Of a stretch of 64,000 nt of DNA, positions 8,985-16,933 are shown one piece after another. The stretch is taken from NCBI GenBank assembly GCA_041660105.1, contig JBAZWZ010000003.1, positions 25,527-89,526 of the forward strand, read 5' to 3'. Each line of letters starts with the position of its first letter. Position 1 is the first letter of the stretch. A model generated the notes under the pieces. The model did not search any database. It was not told the DNA's origin and worked only from the letters and a program-made list of their open reading frames with translations. The position numbers and the translations under genes were made by a program. The DNA is from Minisyncoccota bacterium (lineage in GTDB: Bacteria; Patescibacteriota; Minisyncoccia; Phycocordibacterales; UBA1550).

Positions 8985-10103
8985 TTATTTTTTGAAGATA
9001 CCCTTGATGGCATCGTTGGATGCTTTAGTAACGATTGCGTCAATAATTTTACTTAGGTTGTCTGCAAGTCCAAGACGATCGAAGGATGCTCCTGTTGCCT
9101 TGGAAAGCTGATCAGAAATCAATTTACCCGGCGTTACTTTAGGGCACCAGATTCTCGCCATAGCAGCCTTGTCTGCATCACTAGCAGGGGCTATAAATTG
9201 AGGGTTTCCATCTGGTCCCGTAACTATCGTCGCTGTAGTCGAGGTAAAAGCGTCTTTGGTTGCCTCATCGGGCCAGTTACACTTTTCTGGGTCTGAGTCG
9301 TCAACCACGCTCAAGAAGCCACCATTCAAACTCAGCTGTCGTCTCGACTCTTCCAGAAGACCAGATTGTTGCTTGGTGAGCTCACTACTTGTGATAACAG
9401 AAACACCAAATGGATTGCCGTTATCATTGAGCGCTTTTTCAAAATACTGCCACGTGAAGGCAATCTTTCCTCTATAAAAATCAGAAGCATTTACTGAGGG
9501 AAAGGGGCACGCAACAGCTGCTCTATATACGGGGGCAGGATCAGCTTGCCCCAAGACAACCCATTGTTTTAGGTCATTTTTGAAGAGCGCATCAAAGTCA
9601 CACATTTCAAGCCCGTCAATCGTGCGCATAAGGTTTCCTGCGACAGAATCAAGGAGTTCCTTCTCCATTTGTTTTGGGTCTATAGCGTAGTTTGGGGAGC
9701 CGTGCATACCGCCCTTGATCCAGCTGATAGTCTCTTCGGTAAAGTTGTCGAGCATTAACTGTCCTGCCTTATAGGCAATACAGTCAGCCAATGGTTTCCC
9801 GTGCGCAGACCAAAAATTTGAGGCCTCAGCGTCTGCTGCTCCGCTCGCTGTTGTTGCTGCGACGCTCGCGTCTGAGGATGGAACAGCTATAGCCTCGTTT
9901 ACTGTAGTTACTCCCCCAAAAATCGCAAGATAACCCGCTTTTGCTCCCTCCATTAGGGATAGATTAGCGGCAGCTACCCCCGCACAGTCAACAGTCACTG
10001 ACTCCGCTGCAGCATAGGTGGCCCGAGGCATAAAAAAGGAAACACTCAAAAGCAGAGAAATACAGAGAATGGGGAGAAGTTTATATTTTTTTTGAGTGTT
10101 CAT
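8985..10103 (-). CDS. Secreted hypothetical protein (possible cell-wall-active or T4SS accessory protein).
   Basis: 372 aa with a signal peptide (LLPILCISLLLSVSFFMPRATYAAA). No SLT, CHAP or NlpC motif recognised. Confidence 0.45.
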   Translation of the reverse strand: MNTQKKYKLLPILCISLLLSVSFFMPRATYAAAESVTVDCAGVAAANLSLMEGAKAGYLAIFGGVTTVNEAIAVPSSDASVAATTASGAADAEASNFWSAHGKPLADCIAYKAGQLMLDNFTEETISWIKGGMHGSPNYAIDPKQMEKELLDSVAGNLMRTIDGLEMCDFDALFKNDLKQWVVLGQADPAPVYRAAVACPFPSVNASDFYRGKIAFTWQYFEKALNDNGNPFGVSVITSSELTKQQSGLLEESRRQLSLNGGFLSVVDDSDPEKCNWPDEATKDAFTSTTATIVTGPDGNPQFIAPASDADKAAMARIWCPKVTPGKLISDQLSKATGASFDRLGLADNLSKIIDAIVTKASNDAIKGIFKK

Positions 10104-10112
10104 ATAGATAAT

Positions 10113-10901
10113 TTATTTCTTTTGACTGAACAGTGATCCTGTTTGAGAAACCATCGAGAGTCCACTGTTGTATTTTGCAATACCTCGCATCCCCACGACG
10201 GGATCATTGATAATACTTTTCAGATCAATAACCCCAGAGAGAATGGTGGCATAACTCTCAATCATATACAGATGAAGACTAATCTCAGAACGAGGAACTT
10301 TTATAGAAAGAAGTGTGTTGATAAACTTTTGATAAACTGATATAGATTTTGAGAGAGGATTAAGTAGTGTTGCATCCCCCGCGCTGATTGCTTTATTTAC
10401 AACGGTAAGCTCCTCAAATATATCCTCACTAAAAAGTGTGTTGATGGCTTCAAGCATAGATTTTTTATACTGAGTGACTGCAGAAGTGCTTGTTTCTATA
10501 ACCACCAAGTCCTTTTCAGAATATACTTTTGTTGTGATTGCCGCTGGGGTAGTATCAAGAAGATTTTGAGCAAGAAGCGATACATCTTCGTCGCTCATCG
10601 TCGTCGTCGACATCCCTGTTTGAAAGGCAGCGTAGCTACTGAGAAGTTTTTGAGCCATCAAGGCCGTTGTGGAAGTAGCCTCGGCTGAGGCTGGGTCGTT
10701 ACTTTTTTTAGAAGAACCAAACGTGGTCGACGATGATGTTTGAGGAACAACACTGAGGGAGTCCTTCCATCCCCTATCGGCTGCCGTCCCAAGCTTGTCA
10801 ACGTATGTTACAGACGTACTTTTCCACGCAAAGAACACAATGCCTATCCCAACAAGAACTGCAAATAAAATAGAGAGTGTTTTTTTGTATTGCAATATCA
10901 T
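10113..10901 (-). CDS. Bitopic membrane protein (N-terminal TM plus about 230-aa extracytoplasmic domain), VirB8/ConB-like by architecture only.
   Basis: 262 aa with a single N-terminal TM (LSILFAVLVGIGIVFFAW). Domain size and operon position resemble VirB8-like components. No sequence motif confirmed. Confidence 0.35.
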   Translation of the reverse strand: MILQYKKTLSILFAVLVGIGIVFFAWKSTSVTYVDKLGTAADRGWKDSLSVVPQTSSSTTFGSSKKSNDPASAEATSTTALMAQKLLSSYAAFQTGMSTTTMSDEDVSLLAQNLLDTTPAAITTKVYSEKDLVVIETSTSAVTQYKKSMLEAINTLFSEDIFEELTVVNKAISAGDATLLNPLSKSISVYQKFINTLLSIKVPRSEISLHLYMIESYATILSGVIDLKSIINDPVVGMRGIAKYNSGLSMVSQTGSLFSQKK

Positions 10902-10980
10902 AATATGCAGTCCTTATACATATTGTACCAGAGAAGTTTTATAAAATATAGGGAATATTGCTATTTTGTGCACAGCTTAA

Positions 10981-12000
10981 CTACTTATAATAGTAACTTG
11001 TGATTGCTTCAAGGGCAACCGCGGTTGTATAGGAGCGACTACCCCCTTTCAGCGTATCCCCTTTGTAGAAGTCTCCAAGGCTCCAGCCTCCATCATTTTG
11101 TTGAGTTCTGAACAGGTAATCAAAAGATTTATTATAAAAATCTTTATTTTGGTATCCAAAATCAATCAAAGCATTTAAAGCAAGAGCTGTAGTAAATTCA
11201 TTATCTCCAATAATCCCTGTTTTCTTTTGTGAGCCTACAATTTTTTGAATAATAAGCTCTTTTTCGTTCCCAAAACAATCGACCCCCTCGTTGTATGCTC
11301 GAGCCATTGCGTAATACAAATCATAATCATCAATATACCAGTAATGAGAGTTAGATTCTTGCCCTTCTTTGATTAGGCGAGATGTGTAATCGCAAATTTT
11401 TGAGCTCGTAATGTTGTTATTTAAATACAGGGCAACATTTACGTTTACAACCGAATCCGTGTCATTCCTTGCCCCGTTTTCCTTAAACCATGTGTAGTAG
11501 ATTCCGCTATCGTTTACATTTTTATTTATAATTTTGTGATTATCGCTGATTCCATACCCATGCTTTTCTAGCAGGTAAGAGATTAGGGCTGTGTCGTCTA
11601 TGTCTGGAGTGACAGAATCTTTGGGGAAAAACCTCCAAATATTATTTGTTGGTCTATTTTTTATAAAAAAATCGATGCTTTTTTCTCTTACTAAATCAAG
11701 ATAATCATTTGTATATCTCTCAGAAATCTTATCAAGAGAGTAAAGAGACGATGCTGTCATAAAAAAGGATTCATCTGGAAGACAACTTTTTAATATTTTT
11801 GTATTTATACAAAAAGAAGATTGTATTTCCCCCGTCGGTAGCTGGTTTTTGTAAATGTATATCACCCCTTTTGCAACGACGCTCTTTAGTTGTTGCTTCT
11901 GGTTTCCTAAAATGACTACACTCAATAGACTAAAAAGTAAAACAAAAATCAGTGTGCCCAAGAGTGGTTTATTCTTTTTCATATTGTTGTAGTTTAACAT
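10981..12000 (-). CDS. Secreted alpha/alpha-toroid repeat protein (prenyltransferase/squalene-cyclase-like QW repeats).
   Basis: N-terminal TM/signal (LLGTLIFVLLFSLLSVVILG). C-terminal repeats include a QW-type motif (RTQQNDGGWSLGDFYKGD, IVGSQKKTGIIGDNEFTTALALNALIDFG). Confidence 0.4.
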   Translation of the reverse strand: MLNYNNMKKNKPLLGTLIFVLLFSLLSVVILGNQKQQLKSVVAKGVIYIYKNQLPTGEIQSSFCINTKILKSCLPDESFFMTASSLYSLDKISERYTNDYLDLVREKSIDFFIKNRPTNNIWRFFPKDSVTPDIDDTALISYLLEKHGYGISDNHKIINKNVNDSGIYYTWFKENGARNDTDSVVNVNVALYLNNNITSSKICDYTSRLIKEGQESNSHYWYIDDYDLYYAMARAYNEGVDCFGNEKELIIQKIVGSQKKTGIIGDNEFTTALALNALIDFGYQNKDFYNKSFDYLFRTQQNDGGWSLGDFYKGDTLKGGSRSYTTAVALEAITSYYYK

Positions 12001-12066
12001 ATCGTCGTTATCTTAAAACCAAAGCCCCGCTTGGTGTATACCAAGCGGGGCTTTGGAGAACTAATT

Positions 12067-14301
12067 TTACCAGTCACTGCCACCACCAGACGAAGGTGTT
12101 GGAGTAATTTTTACTGTTATTGACTGCTCTACTTTCCCAGGGGGTGTTAGTCCTGGTTTTGCAATTGGACCATAACAAACAAGGGTAACAACGGCTGGAG
12201 GATTTGAGGGGGTTGTGACAAATCCTGTGTTGGTCCCCTCCATTCGGGTCCCATCACCAGCTTCGACAGTAATTGTTGATGTAGTGCCCCCTGAATCTCC
12301 GAATCCTGGGTTGGTCACCGTTCTTTGTTCACTGTGTTTTGGTACCTGAGAGCCTACATAGCCAGGCTTTACACGCGCTTTTCCTTGAGCCGTGACACTA
12401 CCAAGAAGCCCTCTTACGGAACTCCATGTTGTGGTTGCGGTTTCTCTCTCATCAAATATTTCAAGATATGCATCTGCTCCAATCTTACAACTGGAAGCAT
12501 TTGAAGCAGCCCAGCGAATTTCCGACCAATCACCAACCTTTGCTTCGGCAATAGCATCTGGGTCTGCTTTGAATTCCTCAATTTCTGGAGGGGCGTTATA
12601 GAGACCCCCTGATGTGTCAAGTCGAAGATCTCCCCAGTTTGTCACTGTGTATCCAGCACCAACGCACTTAAACTCCAAATTAACTTTTGTTGAAACACCA
12701 CTAACAAATTTCAAAGTTACAGAATCATCAAACAATACACGTGATGTGCTCGAAATTGGAAACGAGTCATTTTTTTCAAAAGGGGTTTCACTACTTCCTT
12801 GGACCGCCAAAGCCTTCCCATCGAGAACCTTGATAACACAACTATCTGCATCTTTGATTTTCCACCAAATCGTACCAATTTCATTTCGTGCGATAACTCC
12901 ATCATTTGGTGTTGTTCCTACGGTTATCTTTGGTCCCGGAGTTCCTGTTCCTACGGTTATTGGTTCAACTGATGATGAGTTCCAGTTGAGAAAATGTGAG
13001 GCGCTGTTCGTAGTTCCGCCCCCTGAGCACTTAATAATAAACTCAACATTGTTGTCATTCCCGCTTATCTTTACCTTCCAGGACCCCGACATTGATGGAA
13101 GCGCCTGCGTAAATCCTGAGTATGTTGACCCATAAGTGTTTGTTTTTCCGTCTGCGAGGACAACGGTTATCTGCCTCATATTTTGTATGGTGCAAGAGGT
13201 TGCCTCTGTTACTTTCCAAGACACCGTCGAGGTTTCGCCAAAACCGATCGTATCGGGGCTCATAGTAAGACTGATTTGTGGACCAACAGGGTTTGTGCTT
13301 GTTGCTGTATAGCTTGTTGAATTGGTTGTATTTGTTCCACTCCCTGTGTTTGTCCCACTGCCTGTATTCGTACCACTACCACTTCCGGTGTTCGTCCCAC
13401 TTCCTGTGTTTGTGCCACTCCCACTACCTGTATTTGTACCGCTACCTGCATCTGTGCTTGCTCCTACGGCAACTCGAATACAAGCCGATTTTTCAAACAA
13501 TGTTGAGCTTTTTTGAGCAGTCTGACAGTCACTGCTGGAGAGGAATGTTGAAGTTTGAAAAGGAGTATTTGGTCCTGCGTCAGCTTTCCCTTTAAAAATG
13601 TATACATATTTGTCAGAGCTTCCTGTGGTTGTTGGCTTCACGATACCGATAGTAACTGATTTTTTTGCAGTGCCGTTTGCTCCCGTACAGCTAATATCGA
13701 AAGTATAAGGTGTTTGAGGCGAAACAGTTTTGGTCCCTGTTAGTCGCAGTGTGTTGCCTGCCCCATCAACACATCTTGTTGTATTGAGTGTCGTCCAAGA
13801 AATTATTGACTGAGAATTTGCCTTGACCTCAATAGGAAAAGCAGTGATGTTTATGATTGGATATGTCGTAACAGCAACCTTGATTGATTGAATAGTTGTA
13901 CCTTTTGGATTTGTGCATACAATATCCATTGTGTAGTCTTCCCTTGGAGTTATGGAGAGACTGCCATTCAGGCGAAGGGCGTTACCGTTACTGTCTGCAC
14001 AGCTCGTTGCATTTGTTGAGTTCCAGGAAATAATAGCTGATTGCCCAGGAGAAACGACAGGTACATCTGCGGACACGGTAACAAGTGGAACAACAAGGTT
14101 TTGGGAACTCGTCGACACACCTTCTGTAGGAGTCGGAAATGAGTAAGTATCTTTAACTTGCCCAGTTTGACCTTCGTTTTGAGGCGCAACCGCCCCTCTT
14201 GTGTAAATAAACACAATCGCAATAATAACAACAAGCACGATAAGACCAATAATAAGAAACTTTTTTTTCTTCTCGTCCTGCATAATATTATTTATGTCCA
14301 T
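12067..14301 (-). CDS. Large N-terminally anchored surface protein with duplicated Ig-like domains and a (GSGTNT)n low-complexity linker.
   Basis: 744 aa with an N-terminal TM (FLIIGLIVLVVIIAIVFIY). Two homologous roughly 75-aa domains (ISWNSTNATSCADSNGNALRLNGSLSITPREDYTMDIVCTNPKGT / ISWTTLNTTRCVDGAGNTLRLTGTKTVSPQTPYTFDISCTGANGTAKK). Linker GSGTNTGSGSGTNTGSGTNTGSGSGTNTGSGTNTGSGTNTT. Confidence 0.55.
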   Translation of the reverse strand: MDINNIMQDEKKKKFLIIGLIVLVVIIAIVFIYTRGAVAPQNEGQTGQVKDTYSFPTPTEGVSTSSQNLVVPLVTVSADVPVVSPGQSAIISWNSTNATSCADSNGNALRLNGSLSITPREDYTMDIVCTNPKGTTIQSIKVAVTTYPIINITAFPIEVKANSQSIISWTTLNTTRCVDGAGNTLRLTGTKTVSPQTPYTFDISCTGANGTAKKSVTIGIVKPTTTGSSDKYVYIFKGKADAGPNTPFQTSTFLSSSDCQTAQKSSTLFEKSACIRVAVGASTDAGSGTNTGSGSGTNTGSGTNTGSGSGTNTGSGTNTGSGTNTTNSTSYTATSTNPVGPQISLTMSPDTIGFGETSTVSWKVTEATSCTIQNMRQITVVLADGKTNTYGSTYSGFTQALPSMSGSWKVKISGNDNNVEFIIKCSGGGTTNSASHFLNWNSSSVEPITVGTGTPGPKITVGTTPNDGVIARNEIGTIWWKIKDADSCVIKVLDGKALAVQGSSETPFEKNDSFPISSTSRVLFDDSVTLKFVSGVSTKVNLEFKCVGAGYTVTNWGDLRLDTSGGLYNAPPEIEEFKADPDAIAEAKVGDWSEIRWAASNASSCKIGADAYLEIFDERETATTTWSSVRGLLGSVTAQGKARVKPGYVGSQVPKHSEQRTVTNPGFGDSGGTTSTITVEAGDGTRMEGTNTGFVTTPSNPPAVVTLVCYGPIAKPGLTPPGKVEQSITVKITPTPSSGGGSDW
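13330..13450 (-). repeat. In-frame imperfect 18-nt tandem repeat tract encoding (GSGTNT)n inside the surface protein gene.
   Basis: Direct reading shows repeated acc/act-ccx-gtg/gta-ttt-gt units. The opposite-strand ORF 13322..13516 translating VFVPLP repeats is its shadow. Confidence 0.7.
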
Positions 14302-14323
14302 ATTTTTATTATAATTGATTTAA

Positions 14324-14559
14324 GTATACCCCCACACCTACTTTTTGCATAGTAAGTTATACACAGAAATGTATTTAGAGAACAACCGTCCTAAATACAT
14401 AGTGTGGTGGCGACGTAAAAGTAGGTGTGGGGGTGTACCCCCTGCCCAGTTCTCTTGCCTACTTTTTGCATAGTAAGTTATACACAGAAATGTATTTAGA
14501 GAACAACCGTCCTAAATACATAGTGTGGTGGCGACGTAAAAGTAGGTGTGGGGGGTATA
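14324..14559. repeat. Composite palindromic repeat of 1.7 units. The TIR is GTATACCCCCACACCTACTTTT, followed by a 70-bp core, the inverted TIR, a linker, and a second core plus inverted TIR.
   Basis: Read directly. 14324..14438 is TIR-core-TIR'. 14457..14559 repeats the core and right TIR. The whole block recurs in inverted orientation at 18555..18787. Confidence 0.85.
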
Positions 14560-14605
14560 ACACTGCATACTAGTTAAGCATAGTTGCGTGTGGTAAAATC
14601 TCAAT

Positions 14606-15631
14606 ATGAACATAAAGAGCAAGGTATTAATTGTATTGTGCCTCTGTCTTGCCCCTGCCTTTTCTTCGGCTCAGGCAGGAGCGTTTGGTACCAACCTCTC
14701 TTTGGGGACGAAAGGAGAAGATGTGCGCGCGCTACAAAAACTTCTTAATCTTGATAAAGACACACTTGTTGCAGACACAGGAGCCGGCTCACTTGGTAAC
14801 GAAACAGACTATTTTGGACCTGCAACCAAGCGCGCGCTTATAAAATTTCAGAATAAATACGCGTCAGAAATCCTTTTTCCTCTTGGGATGAGCACAGGGA
14901 ATGGATATTTTGGAGCGAGAACAAGAGAAAAGGCAAATTCTCTCACTGCAAACCTTACGACCTTAATAAATAGTACTATTGGACTATTCACTTCTCCTAT
15001 TGTTGAGACCCCCGTGACCCTCGTAACAGCAACCACCTCAACGAAGAGCGAGGTAAAACTCCCTGTTGAAAAAGGAACAGTAATCGTTATGATGCCTTCA
15101 CGATACTCAGGAAAGCCAGGAACCACAATCACTCTTTCTGGTGCGGGATTTACTTCTACTGATAACACAGTATATTTTGGGACCAATCACGCTCTTGCGG
15201 GGGTAACGTCATTCAATGGACAATCAGTCACGTTTAAGGTTCCTGCAATTCCAAAAGGTATCTACTCCTCTCTCTATGTGGTAAACGCTCGCGGGGAAAG
15301 TAATAAGGATCAGTGGTTTATCGTAACTGACGGCGTATCCCCTGAACCAAAAATAGAAAAGTTTGAACCAGGCATTGTTTCTCGTGGCAGCACCGTAGTA
15401 ATTAAGGGAGCTGGATTTTCTAAGGACAAAAACGCAATTATTGTAAGCGGTATAGGGTTATTTAAAAATGTTCCATCTGTGGACGGGGCATCAATCTCGC
15501 TCGTTATCCCAAAGGATGCTTTCCCTGTAAAATATTCCCCTACCATAGCAAACCCTACCTTCTCCTCCTCTGTGCGCGTGCTCAATGAAAATGGTGTAAG
15601 TAATTTAGGGAAACTCACACTTAGCTTGTAA
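14606..15631 (+). CDS. Secreted protein with an N-terminal peptidoglycan-binding domain (PGBD1-like) and two IPT/TIG-like beta-sandwich segments.
   Basis: Signal peptide MNIKSKVLIVLCLCLAPAFSSAQA. GTNLSLGTKGEDVRALQKLLNL matches the PG_binding_1 helix. TITLSGAGFTSTDNTVYFG and STVVIKGAGFSKDKNAIIVSG are TIG-like. Confidence 0.55.
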   Translation: MNIKSKVLIVLCLCLAPAFSSAQAGAFGTNLSLGTKGEDVRALQKLLNLDKDTLVADTGAGSLGNETDYFGPATKRALIKFQNKYASEILFPLGMSTGNGYFGARTREKANSLTANLTTLINSTIGLFTSPIVETPVTLVTATTSTKSEVKLPVEKGTVIVMMPSRYSGKPGTTITLSGAGFTSTDNTVYFGTNHALAGVTSFNGQSVTFKVPAIPKGIYSSLYVVNARGESNKDQWFIVTDGVSPEPKIEKFEPGIVSRGSTVVIKGAGFSKDKNAIIVSGIGLFKNVPSVDGASISLVIPKDAFPVKYSPTIANPTFSSSVRVLNENGVSNLGKLTLSL

Positions 15632-15681
15632 GATGGGGCTTTGAGGTTGTTAATACGGTTGTTGTGTGAAATAATTAAAAA

Positions 15682-16137
15682 ATGAAAGTATTTAATATTA
15701 TAAAAAGATATAAATTGTCCCTCTCAATTATTTTTTGTACAGTGCTTATTTCTGGTGCTCTTGTGTATAAAATTAAAAAAAGCGAAGCACTAGGTTATTT
15801 TGGTTTTGGGGGGTACGTGACCTCGGTGGTTATTTGTACGTGTTCTGCAGTCCCGACCTATTATGTAACCATTGGACCACCGCTTGGTGGGAGCTTCCTT
15901 CTTATGGAGGGAGTAAGTGAACCTTATGCCAACTGGGATATTTTTGGAACAAATTGGACTTTTGTGGGGACTGACACCTTTATTATGGAACCCGCTGGTC
16001 CCTGGGTCCTTGGGGCGTACACTCCAGGAGTTGGTGTGGGATGTATGATGGTGGGAGAGCCTTGTTATCCTTATGCTCCTGCACTGGGAACGATTCGACC
16101 ATACGGTACTTCCCTTGGGTCAGTTACTGGAATTTAA
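15682..16137 (+). CDS. Small Gly/Pro-rich membrane or secreted hypothetical protein.
   Basis: 151 aa with an N-terminal TM (LSLSIIFCTVLISGALVY). Overlaps the 3' end of convergent rsmA by 14 bp. Confidence 0.4.
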   Translation: MKVFNIIKRYKLSLSIIFCTVLISGALVYKIKKSEALGYFGFGGYVTSVVICTCSAVPTYYVTIGPPLGGSFLLMEGVSEPYANWDIFGTNWTFVGTDTFIMEPAGPWVLGAYTPGVGVGCMMVGEPCYPYAPALGTIRPYGTSLGSVTGI

Positions 16138-16927
16138 TTTGGAGAAGGTTCAGCCAATCCTTAAGGGTGAGGTTTTCTGCGCGGGCCTTGTCTTTGATGT
16201 TTGCCGCCACAAAAATCTCAATAGTTTTGTCGCCAAAAAGTTCTTTCAGGTTTCCTGCAAGAACTTTTCTTTTGTGAGCGAAGCCTGCGCGGACGATTTT
16301 GAAAAACTTTTCTTCCTCTTTTTTATTTTTAAAATTTTTGTTTGAAATGTTTTCAATAGAGAGAACTGCTGAGTCAACTTTTGGAGTTGGGCTGAAGTAT
16401 CGCGCGGGAACTTTTTTTATAAACTTCGGTGTGCCGTACACTTTTACCGCAATGGATAGAATACTTTCTTTTTTATCGCGCGCAACGATGCGTGTTGCTA
16501 CTTCTTTCTGTACCATAAGAACCATTTTTGTTGGTTTGTTTTTTGCTTCAAGAAACATGCGAATGATTTGGCCCGTGAGATAGTAAGGTATATTGGCGAC
16601 AAGCTTGTAGTCTTGCCCGCCTAAGTTTTTTGAAAAAAAAGTTTGGTGGGTGGTGAGTTCTACAATATCGCCATGAATGAGGGTAAATTGTTTAATTTTG
16701 ATTTGCTCGGCAAACTTTTCAGTGAGTAATGGAATCATACGGTCATCTTTTTCTACAGCGATGACGAGAGCGCCAGAAGCAAGAAGCTCAGAAGTGAGAA
16801 ATCCTTTCCCGGGGCCTATCTCAAGCACAGTTTCTCCAGTAGTGAGACTCGCAGCACGCACAATATCTCTCGCCACTGTTTTAGAGTTGAGAAAATTCTG
16901 CCCGAGTGATTTCTTGGCGTGAATCAT
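16124..16927 (-). CDS. rsmA: 16S rRNA (adenine1518/1519-N6)-dimethyltransferase RsmA/KsgA.
   Basis: MIHAKKSLGQNFLNSKTVARDIVRAASLTTGETVLEIGPGKGFLTSELL matches the RsmA N-terminus and SAM-binding motif. 267 aa. Confidence 0.9.
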   Translation of the reverse strand: MIHAKKSLGQNFLNSKTVARDIVRAASLTTGETVLEIGPGKGFLTSELLASGALVIAVEKDDRMIPLLTEKFAEQIKIKQFTLIHGDIVELTTHQTFFSKNLGGQDYKLVANIPYYLTGQIIRMFLEAKNKPTKMVLMVQKEVATRIVARDKKESILSIAVKVYGTPKFIKKVPARYFSPTPKVDSAVLSIENISNKNFKNKKEEEKFFKIVRAGFAHKRKVLAGNLKELFGDKTIEIFVAANIKDKARAENLTLKDWLNLLQIKFQ

Positions 16928-16933
16928 AAAAGA

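Noticed and set aside
13322-13516. ORF translating MVVFVPLPVFVPLPVFVPLP...
   Set aside because: It is the reverse-strand reading of the (GSGTNT)n coding repeats in the surface protein gene.
14324-14559. Possible CRISPR array (tandem repeat units with palindromic ends).
   Set aside because: There are only about 1.7 units and no unique spacers. The units are 115 bp with internal dyad symmetry, and an inverted copy exists 4 kb away. This is a MITE- or REP-like element, not CRISPR. No cas genes are present.
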